Assembly: GCA_029717555.1 (NCBI GenBank)
Contig: JAMDHS010000116.1
Span: forward strand, 1-55,251
DNA from: Peribolospora baueri
Lineage: Eukaryota
Direction of reading: 5' to 3'
Length of the DNA stretch: 55,251 nt
The notes under the pieces were generated by a model that worked only from the letters and a program-made list of their open reading frames with translations, was not told the origin of the DNA and did no database searches. A program made the translations under genes and the position numbers. Positions 41,311-53,348 of this stretch are shown one piece after another (the stretch's first letter is position 1; each line of letters opens with the position of its first letter).

Positions 41311-42934
41311 TCACTCCTCGCTCTCCCGTCTCCGAATCTCCGCCTCCAATTTCGCCCTCTCCATCTGTCTCATCCGCAACAGCGTCGCAGACTCATAATC
41401 CACGGGAGGCGCCGAGGTAGGAATGTTGCTTGAATTGAACGAGAAGCTCGGTGCGGTCGACTTTGATGGTGGGGCGGATGCAGGCGTGGAGTTGAAGGAC
41501 TGGTGACGATGGCAGGTAAACAGAGCGGCGAAAATATCAGCTCGGTGGATCGGACGACGTTTAGGGTGCGCGTAAAGAATGCTGGGGTCAGGATCACTCA
41601 CAAAAGTCTCTGCAGCACGCGGCGGAGGCGGCGGGCTGGGGGGTCGTATTCGATCCTCGCTCCCACCTCGACCAGCGTTCTGTGTGCCGTTCGCCGTCCC
41701 ACCGTCGCCATTGGCGGTCGCTTCGGTTTGCCCACCGCCGTTCTGATCTCTTGCCGGCGCCGTCAAGCCCAGTCGCTTCACCGCCTCCGGCTCGTCCCCC
41801 GTTGCCCAACTAACCTTGATCTTCCCCAAACCAAGGCTTGCGATCGAGCTAGCCAAAACCGCCACATAGGCTGCCTGAAGGTTCTTGAAGCTAACCACTG
41901 CTGTGGCGTTCTTCTTTTTGCCTGAGCCGTCCCTGTGTATCGATGGTGCGCCTGGAGGGAGTACTACCGAGTCGACAGGTCCAAAACGAGAGAAGAGACC
42001 TGATAATGCTGACTCGGAGAGAAGATATCGATGCGTGTTCAAGGGAATACGGACACGTACAGAGGTATCTAAAGGCCCTGGTAAATAAAAAAGAGAATGA
42101 TGTGGCCGATCACCAGTCAATAACAACTCCGAGACCACGATGGAAGACAAAGTTTGCAGATCTCACCCAGCTCTGGAGCCTTGGCCTTGGCCTCCTGCTT
42201 CGTCTCGGCAGCATCCTTTTCTGCATTCACGCCCTGTTGCGCTGCCGACGCCGCGCGGTTCTTCTCCTCCCTCAACCTCCTCCCTTCCTCCCTCAACCTC
42301 TCCAATTCCATCTGTCTCCTCTTCTCCGCCTCCTTTTCGTCCATCCTCCTCCTTTTGAACTCTTTTTCTCTTGCATCCAAATCGTCCGCAAACTTTCTTC
42401 GCTTCGCATCTTGAGCAGTATATCGTGCGCGCCTGGCTGCAGCGGTGGCACGCTTTTTGGTAAGGGCGAGCCGAGCGGACGGGTCGGAGAGAACGTTGAA
42501 GGCGTGCTGGAGCAAGTGAAACTTGTGTCCCGCTTCTGGATCGTCAGGGTTCTGGGTAAAAGGAAAGATTCAAACGCAAAAGTAAAGAATGAAAGGGCAA
42601 TATGTCAGAAATAGCTCATAAACATATCCTCTGGCGAAACATCCAGTCCTCTTCCGCCACCCGGTTCTCCCAACGCAGCCACGGCCACCTGGCTATTCGG
42701 CTCAGGTCAAGGACCCCCTCCAAACTGCCCTCACAACAGCACATGAAGCTGCCCAAGTTGTGCGTCTCATAGAGAAAGCAAGACTGGCAGACGACCATGA
42801 ATGCAATTCAAGCTCACCTTGTCCGGATGGGCCTTGAGCGCCTGCTTACGGTACGCCTTTGTGATCTCTTGCTGAGTTGCCTCTTCGCCCACACTGAGGA
42901 GCTCAAAGTAGTCTACCTCTTCCTCTTCGGCCAT
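41311..42934 (-). CDS. CWC23: J-domain plus RRM-like splicing co-chaperone Cwc23/DNAJC17
   Basis: DYFELL...ITKAYRKQALKAHPDKNPDDP, AFNVLSDPSAR, the coiled coil KRRKFADDLDARE, RRM-like LFSRFGPVDSVV/ATAVVSF, and the tail DYESATLLRMRQMERAKLEAEIR. Confidence 0.88.
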
Positions 42935-43225
42935 TTCCGCGATGAAGCGATGGGCAGAAGGAGGGAAGTTGGAGCAAGGAGGGCCGAGAAAGGATGGGAA
43001 AGGATCGGACGAGTAAGACGAAGAGAATGTGGTTGAGATGAATGTCCTCGGCGGGAGGTGATCGGTACTGAATTGCTGCGGCAGCGAACAGCACCAGAGG
43101 TTCGCCCGTTCCCCCACCCACCTCAATCGACACCTTCACATTCACCGCTTGCGCTCGGCTGGACATACCCGAAAACGCGTCTCTGTGACGGACATTCCCT
43201 CGAGCTGGCACTCGGAGAGGGAAAG

Positions 43226-45681
43226 ATGCCGTCCGACTTGGCGCACCGGCCGTTGACGGGCAAGGCGAGGAGGGGCATCGGACGACTCCAAGTCGCAAGT
43301 ATAGGGACAGGCACTCTGGCCCAATTATTGGTTGGCGGCATTGGCTTGTTTCTTCTAATGCGATGGGCACTGCCATCACAGGTGAGTATTTACAGTACGG
43401 GTCAGAGGGGAGCACCTTTTCTTGTTTTCAAGACCTGCACAATCGTTCTGAATTTGCTCTCTTGTCTCCTGTCATTTGCCGGCGTAGACGTCACCACACA
43501 AATTGCTGGAGCGAATCCCGTCGCTTCGCTTGGTATCGGCTTCGGATAGTCTCTTAGACGTCCGTCAATACCCCTTCTTGCAGTCTCGCATTGGAAGAGA
43601 CGAGCGACCCGATCTGTTTGACGAACACATCGCGAACGGCATCGCCGATTACTGGCTTCGCTTCCAAAAACCCTTCATCACCTCGCCCGAGACAGATCAT
43701 CTGGACGAGGAAGTAGTGCGAGGGGCCATTGACGATTTGCTTGCCTACAATGGCTGGGTGGCAGCTTCCTGTCCGACCTTGACGCGGCCCTTCAATGCCA
43801 ACGCTGTGCGCGACGACCAATACGAGGACTTGAAATCGGACGGGCAACTGTATTACGTTGCCTTGATCATGCATTCTGCGGACCACTTCATCGTCGATCA
43901 GCTGGCCATCATCGTCCAGCTTGCACGCAAGCTTGGGACTCGACACATTTTCGTGAGCATCGTCGACTATGCCAGTCACGACGCCACGTCCACGCTGCTC
44001 GACCTTACCGAGGCGGTCTTAACGCTGCTCGGCGTCGCTTTTCGTATTCGCCATGTTGATGCCATGACTGCCGACGTACAAGCGGCGTACTATCCGCTCG
44101 AAGAGGCGTATACCCGCAATCTTGCTCTGGAGCCTCTACTCGAGCTGAGAGAGAAGAAGAGAACTGAATTTAGCAAGGTCATCTGGATCAAGGGCTTTAC
44201 CTGCCCTCAGGACGTGCTGGAGAGCTTGCGAGTCAGTGCAGTCAACGAGGCAGCCATGGTCTGTGGCATGGACTGGGTCGAGCATAACAAGCTCTTCCTA
44301 TTTAGCGACGCGTGAGTCCGCTGTACCCACTTCTCTTTCCCTTTTTACAATCTCCTATGACACATGTAGAATCTGTTGCTTACGTCCTGTGCTCCTGTTG
44401 TGGCTTCGACACTTTAGCTGGCGCGCTCGCGACATGGACGGCAGGCGCTTCCGCCAGTCACCGTCGACAGCAGATGCAGCTGCCTCGCCGCCGTTGGAAG
44501 AGATAGCCTCACAGCGGTACGGCCAACACCTGCCCTTCCAAGTCTTCTGTTGCGAGTCTGGCACGCACATCGTCGATCCCGCTCGAACGTACTACCGTGG
44601 TATTCTCTATCGCTCTGCCACCAACCCTCTCAATCTGACTATCGCTGGGTCAAAGGACCCGCGCGATGAGCCGGACCGGCCGTGCTTCGACTCGGCTCAG
44701 GCTTGGATGTGCAGGGACTTGTGGATCGATGCAGCGAGGAGGGGAAAGTCGGAGGAGGAAGAGAGGAGGAAGAAGGCGGAAGAGGCCATGGCGAAACTGC
44801 CAAAAGAGCATGGCTGGTTCCCCTTACCCGCAAACCCAATGGGCATGGGCGGTGCAAGCGCCGGCGTAGAGGAGGACAACGACGACGTTGCTATCCGCGG
44901 ACGTGAAGACGATGACGTAGGGGACGACCAGCACGAACACCTCAAGCTGCATCACGCGGCTAATCGAAAGGGGAGGCCCGATAGGGCGGCGGCGACAGAC
45001 TCGACTTGGCATGACCAGCCGCAGAACGTACTCGCTCACGATCATACGCACGACCACACACCACCTTCCAGCTCTCAGCACCAGCCTCCATCTCTGGACG
45101 GGGACAAGGGCGAGGTCCGTTACGAGCCTGCTCGGATCATGGTGAACCCACGCATGGTGACGACGTACGCGGGGGTGAGTCACACACAGCTCGCGTTCGA
45201 TCTGTTCGGAAAGGACGACGACGAGGCGCTCAAGGAACTTGTGGAGGCTAGCAAAGCGAGGAAGAAGATGGGCGGCGTAAGGGGTGCGCTAGGCGGTGGC
45301 GGTGGCGGCTGGCAACAAGCGAAAGGGTTTCATCGCTTCGGCAAGCGCCAGCACCCGGGAGAGGCCGGCTCGAACGATGCGGACGATAAGGCGGCGGGAC
45401 AGCTGCACCGAGACGATGAGAACGCGCACACGGACGTGGGCGGCTCGGCGCACGGGCACGCCAAGCTCCTCTCGGATGAGGGCAGCAGCGAGGGTGGCGC
45501 AGGCTCAAGCTCGAGCGCTGGAAGGAAGTTGGGCGGGAAATACGTGTTGGACGAGTGGAGATCTGCGCCGGAGGGATACGTTTGCACGGAGATGTATAGC
45601 ACAGGGGGTAGGAAGGCGCCCGTCAGCCAAAGGAGAGTCGGATTTCCGTTGAGGCAGCTCGTCGAGGAGGGCCATCTGTAG
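43226..45681 (+). CDS. Glycosyltransferase family 69 (CAP59/Cmt1-like) type II membrane protein, divergent
   Basis: N-terminal TM helix; YYVALIMH, IFVSIVDYASHDAT, TRNLALEPL, AMVCGMDW, WRARDMDG, PFQVFCCESG, MCRDLW, RIMVNPR. Confidence 0.75.
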
Positions 45682-45968
45682 GCCGGAGGGTATGAGTCCC
45701 GAGTCCCTTTTGTAACATATCCGGGTAGATTTGGACACCCTGGAACATCGTAGACGTTTCGCATTCCGGTCAACGTCTGCGCTCGAATCGTCGAGCGTGA
45801 ACACTCTGCTGACAAATCGACGGAACGATCTTGTTGGCTGCGGCTGCGATTGCCTGAGCATAGATCGACGTCCCTTAACGACATGCTATCAGCGAGCGAG
45901 TAACTCGGCGCCAAGCTCCAACCACCGCACAGGTTGCTCGTCCTGAGAGCCTGGGCGCTGAGATCTCT

Positions 45969-48113
45969 ATGTTTTTCAGTCGCGTCGGACAGCTGGAGAC
46001 ATGCCTTCCACGCAGCGTTCATCCAAGCTTCGCTTTGAGGAGGACTCCCAGGCGTTTGGCTGGCTTGTCTGGTCGGAACGCAAATGGCGGGGCCCCAGCT
46101 CATGCTTTTGTCGGGCGTCCACAGCCGTTCAGCTCAACCCAGACACGGCGTGATATTTTTTTCGTCACCATGCCAGCAGTCAAGTCTACGATCCTTTCCT
46201 TCATTCGAGGCACCCTCCTCTTCATGCCGTTCATTCTGCGCTACCGCTTGTGGAAAAGATTCCCCCGAGCGTCTCGCCTTGCCGTGCAACTGCCAGTAAG
46301 TCCCTCCGCGACCTTTGCGCCACGGGATTGGCCGGGCTGATATAGAGAAGGCCATCTCCAATTGATACCCGCCTCCCAAATATTCAATGCCTAATTTCGA
46401 TGTCAAGTTGTTCACAGTTTCCATCGTTCTGGCCGTCTCCTTGGATCAAACCCCGCTCACGCAGCGATGGCGTATCATTTTGCTAAGCGAGCGCGAGGAA
46501 ATGGAGTGGAGCGAGAGAAGGTTAGTGACCGAAAAGGCCCACGAGTTTTACAGGGGTGGCTTTATCGAGTGTGCTGACGTTGTCCCCCCTTTCAATGCAG
46601 ATTTGAAGAACTAGTCGAGGAAGAGGGGCGCCTCGTTCTCCCTCCCAAGGACAAACGTGTCCAAATAGTCAAGCGGGTTGCCGATAGACTCGTATCTGCG
46701 ATGGTCAGTTCAATCATCGACAAGTCCCGTGTCATTATAAGGTCATCATCTCCGACTGACTGTGACGTCTCTAGGAAGAAGACTCGGTCGTTTCAAGTGC
46801 AGCAGCCTTCAGAGGACATCACGACCGCATCAGCGGTCGCTCAAGAGCTTTCCAAGATAAGCAGGCGGTTAAGCCGTCAGCGACGACCACCGTGCGTATG
46901 TCCGCCAGTTATTATGTCAACGGCGGCTCGGGGCCGCTGAAATTTCTCTGCTCTTTCGCAGTCTACTTTTCTGCCGTATGTCCCTCCTAGTTCCAATCCG
47001 GAGAAGGTTTTGCTTCACCGGGCGTGGGACATTTTCGTGGTCGTGAGTTGCCGCTCCTATTGGGACGCGTGATTTGCTCCTGTGACTTACCCGCCGTTTG
47101 ATCTTCAATCAGGACCTTCCTCGCGTCAATGTGAGTCTGCTTTGATGGACGAACAGGACTTGCTCACGGCCGCTTCGGACGCTGACAAGTCTTCACGCAT
47201 TCCATCAAGGCCGGTGTCTTGCCGACAAAGCAAATGTTCGTGTATACGGGCTTGATTGACCTTCTTGGGCAAGACGAGGACCTCCTTGGAGCCGTCCTTG
47301 CTCGTGAGTCGCCGCCTCTGACATGGAACTTGGTAAAATCTCGTATTTTGACGTCCGGACATTGCTTCTCGCCCCCTCTTGCAGACGAGTGCAGCCACGT
47401 GATGCTTCGGCACGGGGCTGAAAATATGGGTGCTGCTGCTGTCTGCGCTCTCATTTTTGACGTCCTCCGCGGCCTTTCTTATGCGTTCACCAGTGAGTTT
47501 GGGGCACCAGAGCGGCGGCGGCGGCGAAGGAGGATGTGCAAAGAGAGCTCATGATTCTTCGTCCCGCCCTAGTTTCATTCCCACTCGTCTCCGACGGTGC
47601 CGCAAGCATATTGAACGCTTTGCAAGACAAGGTAGCCTCCAGGGCTTATTCTCGCAAGCTCGAAAGTGAGGCGGACGCCGTGAGCCTTCAGGTAGGTGGG
47701 ATCGTCGTTCGCCAGTCCGTCGGCCGTTTTTCTCGCCCTAACGTCGGCTGTTGGTTCAGCTCATGGCCCGCGCCGGGATAGACCCGAAGAACGCAGTGGC
47801 GCTGTGGAAATTTCTGATCGCTCTAAAAGAAAGCGAGCAGAAGTCCGTCGAAGAGCATATGCCGTTCCTTCGGACGCACCCACAAGGCCCCTCTCGCCTC
47901 GAGGTGAATGTCCAGCGACGGCGCGGCTTATTACGGACACGCTTGCTCATATCAGAATCCACGTTCTTTTGTGTGCGTCTACGTCTGTTCCCACTTACAC
48001 AGAATATCGAGAAACATCTTCCTCTGGCCGAAACGATTTATCGACAGGTTCGCCGTCGGCAGCCACCATCTCCCGGTGAACCGATGACGACGGCGGCGAC
48101 GACGGCTCACTGA
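45969..48113 (+). CDS. OMA1: Mitochondrial inner-membrane metallopeptidase M48, Oma1-like
   Basis: Presequence; LDQTPLTQRWR, MFVYTGLI, AVLA-HECSH (HExxH split by an intron), YSRKLESEADAVSLQLMARAGIDP, FLRTHP. Confidence 0.9.
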
Positions 48114-48925
48114 TACCATCCATCTATATCTTGGCCTTGGGGTTGTTTTTTTCTCATCGCCAGTGTAGCGTATGCATTATGAGTCGGTCGGCCTTGTCTG
48201 AATGCTCCCCCCCAACCCCCCGGTGTCGTCGTCCTACGAATCCAAAGCCGGCGCACGTCTGTCTTTCTCGCCGTCTTGCCTTTCCTAACACCCAACCTCG
48301 TGGCAAGCACGCGACAAACGAAAAAGAGAGAGGGAGGGAGGGAGGGAATAGGCCGATGCATTTCAGAGCGGAAAGGAAAAGGGAAAGAGGGAAAAGGAAG
48401 GAAAGGAGAAGGGGGGGTATGACTAGCCCTGAGAGAAGGGCTGGAGTACAAGTTGGGCAACCTTTGTGGGATGAAGGAAGGAAGGAAGGAACGATGGTGC
48501 GGCAAGAAAAAGGCAGGGGCAAGGGAAGGCGGAGAGGGACGAACGGACGATATGAGAGCGAGAGAGCACACAGCCAGAGAAAACGATGGATGGATGGATG
48601 GATGGGATCTGCGAAGGGGGGATGAACGGCAGAAATAAACGGGCAAGGTGCAAGGAACGAACGAATGAGCGGAAGCGATGAAGGCGATATAAGAAGATAT
48701 AAGGAGCGATGATGATGTGTTTCGAGGTGCGATTTGTATGAGAGAAGAAGAGATGAAGAAGAAAAAAAAAAGAAAAAGAAACGTTTGAGCTAGGCGCCAC
48801 ACGTCCGCCCCCGCCCCCGCCCGAGCTTTTCGGACGTGGTGGCCTGACTGATGAATGGTGGATGAGTGGGGTCGAATGGACCGCGCCACGACTTCTTGAA
48901 CTTTTAGACGGGCCGGTGTGGCGTG

Positions 48926-51631
48926 TCAAGCGTCTCGGGTCATCCCGGATGCAGCTTTGGAATCAGCGTACGCGGCGTTGGCCCTCCTCGCAGCAGCCTT
49001 CCTCTCCCTCCTCTCCCTCTTCTCCTTCTGAAGCCTGCCAAGACGATCTTGCAAGTCGCTTACCACCGCCAGGCTCTCCACGCTTTCATGACCTTGCGGA
49101 TCATCCGGGAACGGGCACAGAGTTCCGCCGCCGCCGTGAGACGACGACGACGACGACGACATGCCCTCGACTGCGGCTCCGGCCCCGGCCCCGGCCTGAG
49201 GCGTCTGGGGTGGTGCCAGCGGGGGCGGACGGCGTAAGACGGAGCTGTTGGTGGAGAAGGAGGTAGAGACGGACGACGACGTGGTCCTATGGGACCGGGA
49301 GGAGGCGGAAGAACTCGCGGACGTCGCTCGTCGTCGGTCTTGGGAGAGGAAGGAGTGGAGGGTGTGGAGAGCCCTCGTGACTTCGTCATAGGTGACGTGC
49401 GCGTCCGACTTTGGTGGTGGCTTTCGTATCCGCCGGTGGTTGCCGTCCAGCGTCGTCCTCCTCGATTCTTCGTGCAGGGCCAAACTAGACGAAGGCGTAC
49501 GCAGCCGCGACGCGAGGGAGCTGTCCCCGGACGTGAACGAGGACTGAGCGGAATGCTCGTTCGACGCAAAAAGAAAACTCGGCGCGGATGACATGATGGA
49601 AGACCCGCTGCGCACGGACCTGTTCGCGGGCACACGCACACCTCGGACGTCGGAAGAAGAAGTTGACGCGCCGGCATCGACCTGCCTTTGCGGAGAACCT
49701 TCGAGTTGGGCTAGCGAAACCGTGGTTGGCTGGCTGCTGCTCCGTGCGCCCGCGGAGACGGGAGTGGACATGAGCGCAGTCGGTCCGGTCTGTTGAGACG
49801 AGTCTAGCGCCCAGGGCTCCCAAGCATCGAGGCCGCCGCCGCCACCGCCGCCGCTCAAGTCCATTCCACCTCCATACTGATCCGAAGGAGACAGCGGCGG
49901 CGGCGGGTTGCCAGATGATATCGAACGTCGCGTGCCGCCAGCCAAAGATCGACCGTGTCCTTGCGTGTTGGCCGCCGCGGCGTTCGTTCGCGGCCACGTG
50001 CGGACTTGATCTGCCGAGAGCGACGAGCCGGCGACGACCGAGTCTCTACCGGTGTCTCCTCCTCGTCTCGAAGACGTCGTCGGAGTCATCGGCAAGGGAC
50101 CAACAGGCCAGGAGAGGGACGTCCGAGGAGAAGACAACGGGGTGAGATCTTCATCCTCCAGCGAACCCGTCTCTTCAGAATACTCGGTCCAGACAGCCGG
50201 CACTCCGGCGGCCTCGGTGGCGCCCAGCACTCCGTTGCCGTCGTCACCGCCCAGATCCAGATCGAGATCCGCCGCGGTGGCCGCTCCGCCACCACCACCA
50301 AACCCGTGGGGCGAAACGCCAGCGCTAGAAAGCGCCGGGAAACCGTAATGGAACTCGGCTTCGGAGATCATGTTGGAGACGATCCTGGCGAGCTCATCAT
50401 CCGAGCGGATCGCTCCCAGCTGGTCTGCGAACGCGGCGTCGAGAGGAAAACCGTCAGGGAATTGAGAGTCGAGAAACTGCAAAAGCAACTGGGTCGTGGC
50501 GAGGTCGGGCTGCTCAACGTTGGTCCGGGGGACATCACCGTCGTCACCCTGGCCGTCTGCCAATCCGAGCCTGGGGTTCGAGAGCGAGCTGTCACTGGAT
50601 AGAGTCGTAGCCCGCCGACGAGAGGCGGGAGGCGGGCTGTGGGGAGTAGCGTCGCCAGGCAGGCCGGACGCGGAGGAGACGTCGGAGGACGAAGAGGAGA
50701 CCCGGGACGAGGAGGACGGACCGGAGCTCATGGAAGCGGATCGAGAAGGGCGGGCGAGCTTGCTCGGCATCCGACGAGAGATGCCTTGGCGGCGCGGCGA
50801 CGTGGGCGACGTACCGGTGAGGGGACGGAGAGAGGGTGAGGTGTGGCCTGGGGAGTATCGACGAGAAGTGGCCAAAGAGGAAGACAAGGCTTGGGCAGAC
50901 GACGGCGAGGGGGAATCCACCACTTCATCCTCTGGCATCGTGGCGAGACGATCGCCCCGTCCAAAGCCGAGACCTCTCTGCAGGTCCGCTGGCGAGATGC
51001 CGGTCGCGTTCCAGGAAGTCGGGGCGGGAGGTCCGGAGGAGGAGGTGGTTACGGTAGACGGTGCCGGCATGCCGCCCAATTCGGTCCCTCGAGAGCCCAT
51101 GGCGGCGATTTGGGAGAGCGGACTAACGCTCGACATGAGGGCGCTCAGATCGGGCGGTGCGTCGACGAGGGGGGCGGGCTGTATGGCCCCCGAGGCAGGA
51201 TAGGACATGGATATGTCATGGAGCTCCAGGTCGCGCGAGGGGCCGGCGGGGGATTCGGCCATGGTTAAGGCGGCGGAGAGGGATGAGGGAGAGAAGAGGC
51301 GAAGGGTGTCGAGCGAAGGGGGGCTGTTCAACTCTGCGTGGGGATTGCCAGGCGACTCGAAACTGCTAGACCGATGCAAACCACCCCTGTTGCCGCCGCC
51401 GACGCCCTCCTTCCTGCTTCGACCAGAGCTAGGATCCGCGGAGGGCCACATGGACGTGAAGGGTCTGCCCTCACCGACGGCTGTGGTCATGGGGCCTGTC
51501 GGACGGCCGTAGGTGGACGAGATTCCTTCTCGTTGGTCGGCTGGCAGGAGGAGCGCTTGGCTGATGGACGAGGTGGCGTCCGGGAAGCGGCGGGGACCGG
51601 AATCCGGGGCGGACGTTGATCCGTCACCCAT
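48926..51631 (-). CDS. Hypothetical 901-aa Ser/Pro/Gly-rich protein
   Basis: Uninterrupted 2.7-kb ORF with disordered composition and a few amphipathic helical islands; no confident family assignment. Confidence 0.75.
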   Translation of the reverse strand: MGDGSTSAPDSGPRRFPDATSSISQALLLPADQREGISSTYGRPTGPMTTAVGEGRPFTSMWPSADPSSGRSRKEGVGGGNRGGLHRSSSFESPGNPHAELNSPPSLDTLRLFSPSSLSAALTMAESPAGPSRDLELHDISMSYPASGAIQPAPLVDAPPDLSALMSSVSPLSQIAAMGSRGTELGGMPAPSTVTTSSSGPPAPTSWNATGISPADLQRGLGFGRGDRLATMPEDEVVDSPSPSSAQALSSSLATSRRYSPGHTSPSLRPLTGTSPTSPRRQGISRRMPSKLARPSRSASMSSGPSSSSRVSSSSSDVSSASGLPGDATPHSPPPASRRRATTLSSDSSLSNPRLGLADGQGDDGDVPRTNVEQPDLATTQLLLQFLDSQFPDGFPLDAAFADQLGAIRSDDELARIVSNMISEAEFHYGFPALSSAGVSPHGFGGGGGAATAADLDLDLGGDDGNGVLGATEAAGVPAVWTEYSEETGSLEDEDLTPLSSPRTSLSWPVGPLPMTPTTSSRRGGDTGRDSVVAGSSLSADQVRTWPRTNAAAANTQGHGRSLAGGTRRSISSGNPPPPLSPSDQYGGGMDLSGGGGGGGLDAWEPWALDSSQQTGPTALMSTPVSAGARSSSQPTTVSLAQLEGSPQRQVDAGASTSSSDVRGVRVPANRSVRSGSSIMSSAPSFLFASNEHSAQSSFTSGDSSLASRLRTPSSSLALHEESRRTTLDGNHRRIRKPPPKSDAHVTYDEVTRALHTLHSFLSQDRRRATSASSSASSRSHRTTSSSVSTSFSTNSSVLRRPPPLAPPQTPQAGAGAGAAVEGMSSSSSSSHGGGGTLCPFPDDPQGHESVESLAVVSDLQDRLGRLQKEKRERRERKAAARRANAAYADSKAASGMTRDA

Positions 51632-53324
51632 ACCGGCCCCAGGCCGTTGTGGGAGAGCGACGGCGAGGGGGCGGCGGGGAAGAATACGTGGGCTCAGGAG
51701 TGAGCGTTCTCCTGGCGGGCCGGGCGAAGGAGATGGGAGACGTAGGTAGGGTGAGAGGAGATGGAGGCGTGTTGGTAGCCTCCTAGGACGTCGCGGTTGG
51801 GGTCAGGCATGCGCAGACGAGGGCGTTAGGGAGGTGAGGCGGAGAAAGAAGAGGGAGAGGAAGAGAGAGGGAAAGGAGTGTGGAAAGTGTCGTTAAAAGA
51901 CCCTATGGATTGGGGCGGATATATCGGTCAGTCGGGCGGGGTCGAGAGGAGACAATGGGAGCCCGGAGTGGTGGTGGACGAGCGATAAGGAGCGGACGAC
52001 GGCGGATGCGGGGCGGAAAAGGAGGCAAGGACCGACGACGGGTGAGCATGCGGACCGATAAAATTCCCGTCCTCGGCAGGATAGGGCGGGGAAGATAGGA
52101 CAGGACAGGACAAGATGAACGAACGAACGAACAAACGCCGACACAATGAGCACTCGCTGCTTCGACGGCGGTGTCGAGGCGGAACAAAAGAAGAGATGTG
52201 GTAACGGAGGGGGAAGAACAAAAGCAGCAAAAGCAAGCAAGCGTCTTCGCAACCGCGCTCGGACATCATCGTCTCCGTCTCCGTCTCGCTCGCTGAGGGC
52301 CAAGATGGGATATGCGCGTGCGGCTGGCTCGCTGGTCCTCATTCTTTTTCGCTGACGTCAAGCGAGGACGAGGCGAGGCGAGGCGAGGCTGATGCCAGCC
52401 AGGCTGATGCCTGCCGCGCACTCGGCCGTGCTCGAAAGACAAGCCAAAGCAAAGCAAAGCAAAGCAAAGAGAGGCTGCCAGCGGTCGGTGATCGTCGGTC
52501 GACCTGGCCCATACATCATGATCGCATGGTCGCCTGCCTGCTTGCTCGGCCGGCCTCGTGTCCTCGGAACAGCCGCCATCGGACCGCCCGCCTCCCGCGG
52601 CCCGCGGACCGACGTCGCGAACCAAACCAAGCACAAGCACTGCATGCTCACCTTGGGAATAAAAGAGAGGAAGGGGCCAAGGGAGCGCCGGCGACGGCGG
52701 AGGGGATGATGATGGGGTCGATCGCCGGAGGAGGAGGAGGCGGGTATGTGCGGTGCGGATGACGGGGAGGGCTTTCGTTTAAGCCTGCCTGCCGTGCCTT
52801 ACCGTAACCGTACCGTTACCGTACGTAACCCTGGCGACGGATGGCCGAGTCCACTGTGGGCTGGTGGAAGGGACGACGACGGGGACGACGGGGACGACGA
52901 CGACGGCGTGGCCGAGGCGGTGAAGGAGCAGAAAAGAAAGAGAGAGAGAGGATCGCACAGCCCAGCCCGCGTGGTCCGGCGCAGACGGAACGGGCACGGC
53001 TCGCGAGTTAAGTTGTAACCATAACCATGGGCCGGCGATTACAAGCAAACGAGTAAGGCAAGCCCATTTATTACATTTATTACAGACGCAACGCTGCGGT
53101 TAAGCCGCCGATCAATCGATTAACGGAGTGGTTATAGACAGCGGACAACATCTGGAGGTGCGAGCGCCGAATGTCATGTTCCTTTCTTCCTTCCTTTCTT
53201 CCTTCCCGTTTTCCCCGGTGTGAGCAAGCGCAGCACAGCCAGCCGCTCCATGTACATGCACGGGTCGTCTTGTACTGTACAGCAAAGCACCCCATCCTCC
53301 TCGACCGAGAGAGAGAGAAACACA

Positions 53325-53348
53325 ACACACACACACACACACACACAC
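53325..53348. repeat. (CA)n microsatellite within a simple-repeat-rich intergenic region
   Basis: The acacac... run is visible; (GCAA)n, (GGAA)n, (GAC)n and (GGAT)n arrays lie nearby. Confidence 0.85.

Noticed and set aside
36150..48113. COQ2, GPI15, GEP4, GT69 and OMA1 as a membrane/lipid gene cluster
   Set aside because: These are unrelated housekeeping pathways interleaved with a splicing factor; there is no biosynthetic backbone gene or shared pathway.
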